From NCBI GenBank assembly GCA_013239625.1, contig MU055753.1:2100702-2164701 (forward strand): a stretch of DNA of 64,000 bases, in the 5' to 3' direction. Source of the DNA: Lama guanicoe. Its lineage: Eukaryota. The notes below the pieces were generated by a model. It did no database searches, was not told the DNA's origin, and worked only from the letters and a program-made list of their open reading frames with translations. A program made the position numbers and the translations under genes. Position 1 is the stretch's first letter; every line of letters starts with the position of its first letter. Of this stretch, positions 63,516 through 64,000 are shown in pieces.

Positions 63516-64000
63516 TACAATGCTGTGTAATTTCTGGCATACAGCATAAAGTTTCAGTCATACATATACATTCATATATTTGTTTTCATACTTCATTTGT
63601 TTTCAACTCTCTAGGATATATACCTAGAAGCCAAATTGCTGATTATAAGGTAACTATGCTTAACCTTTTCAGGAACTGTCAGACTTTTCCAAATCAGCCA
63701 CATCATTTGACATTCCCACCTGCCGAGTATGAGGACTTTAACTTCTCCACATTCTTAGTAATGCTCGTTATTGTCTGTCTTTTTGATCACAGCCATCCTA
63801 GTGGGTGTGGTGTCTCACTGTGGTTTTGACTTGCATTTCCCTAATGATATTAAGCATCTTTTCAGGTGTTTACTGGCCATTTATCTTCTTTGGAGAAATA
63901 TCTATTCAGACCTTTGTCCATTAAAAATATTTTTTGTTGTTGTTGTTGTTATGAGTTCCTTTTATATTCTGCATATAAGTCCCTTATTAGATACATGATC
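63516..64000 (-). mobile_element. L1 on the - strand: a 3'-end fragment (63516-63590), then the ORF2 C-terminal region
   Basis: cagtcatacatatacat; ggatatatacctagaag; cattcccacc; ctcactgtggttttgacttgcatttccctaatgat. Confidence 0.88.

Overview
Mammalian genomic DNA, most likely camelid (judged from a tRNA-Ala-derived vic-1-type SINE and artiodactyl-type L1 3' ends). It is orthologous to the human 16p13.3 block PRSS27-KCTD5-PDPK1. The + strand carries PRSS27 (marapsin) coding exons 2-6; exon 1 lies upstream of the window, the catalytic triad is intact, and a 33-aa hydrophobic C-terminal tail is retained. The - strand carries the complete 6-exon KCTD5 (705-nt CDS, 234 aa) with its CpG-island promoter, and PDPK1 exons 7-14 plus a ~5.7-kb 3' UTR whose likely poly(A) signal is only ~380 bp from the KCTD5 ATG. 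All exon borders were read as GT-AG with consistent phases. Introns hold MIR, L2, L1, hAT-Charlie (MER20, MER33, MER58, Charlie1) and MER21-like LTR relics, and there are three N gaps. Repeat family names come from recalled consensus sequences, not a database search. I found no convincing new gene or system. The best leads are a near-perfect REST/RE1 site inside PRSS27, the very compact PDPK1-terminator/KCTD5-promoter junction with an in-frame readthrough option, competing in-frame splice donors in PDPK1 and KCTD5, and a young L1 insertion beside a PDPK1 splice acceptor.
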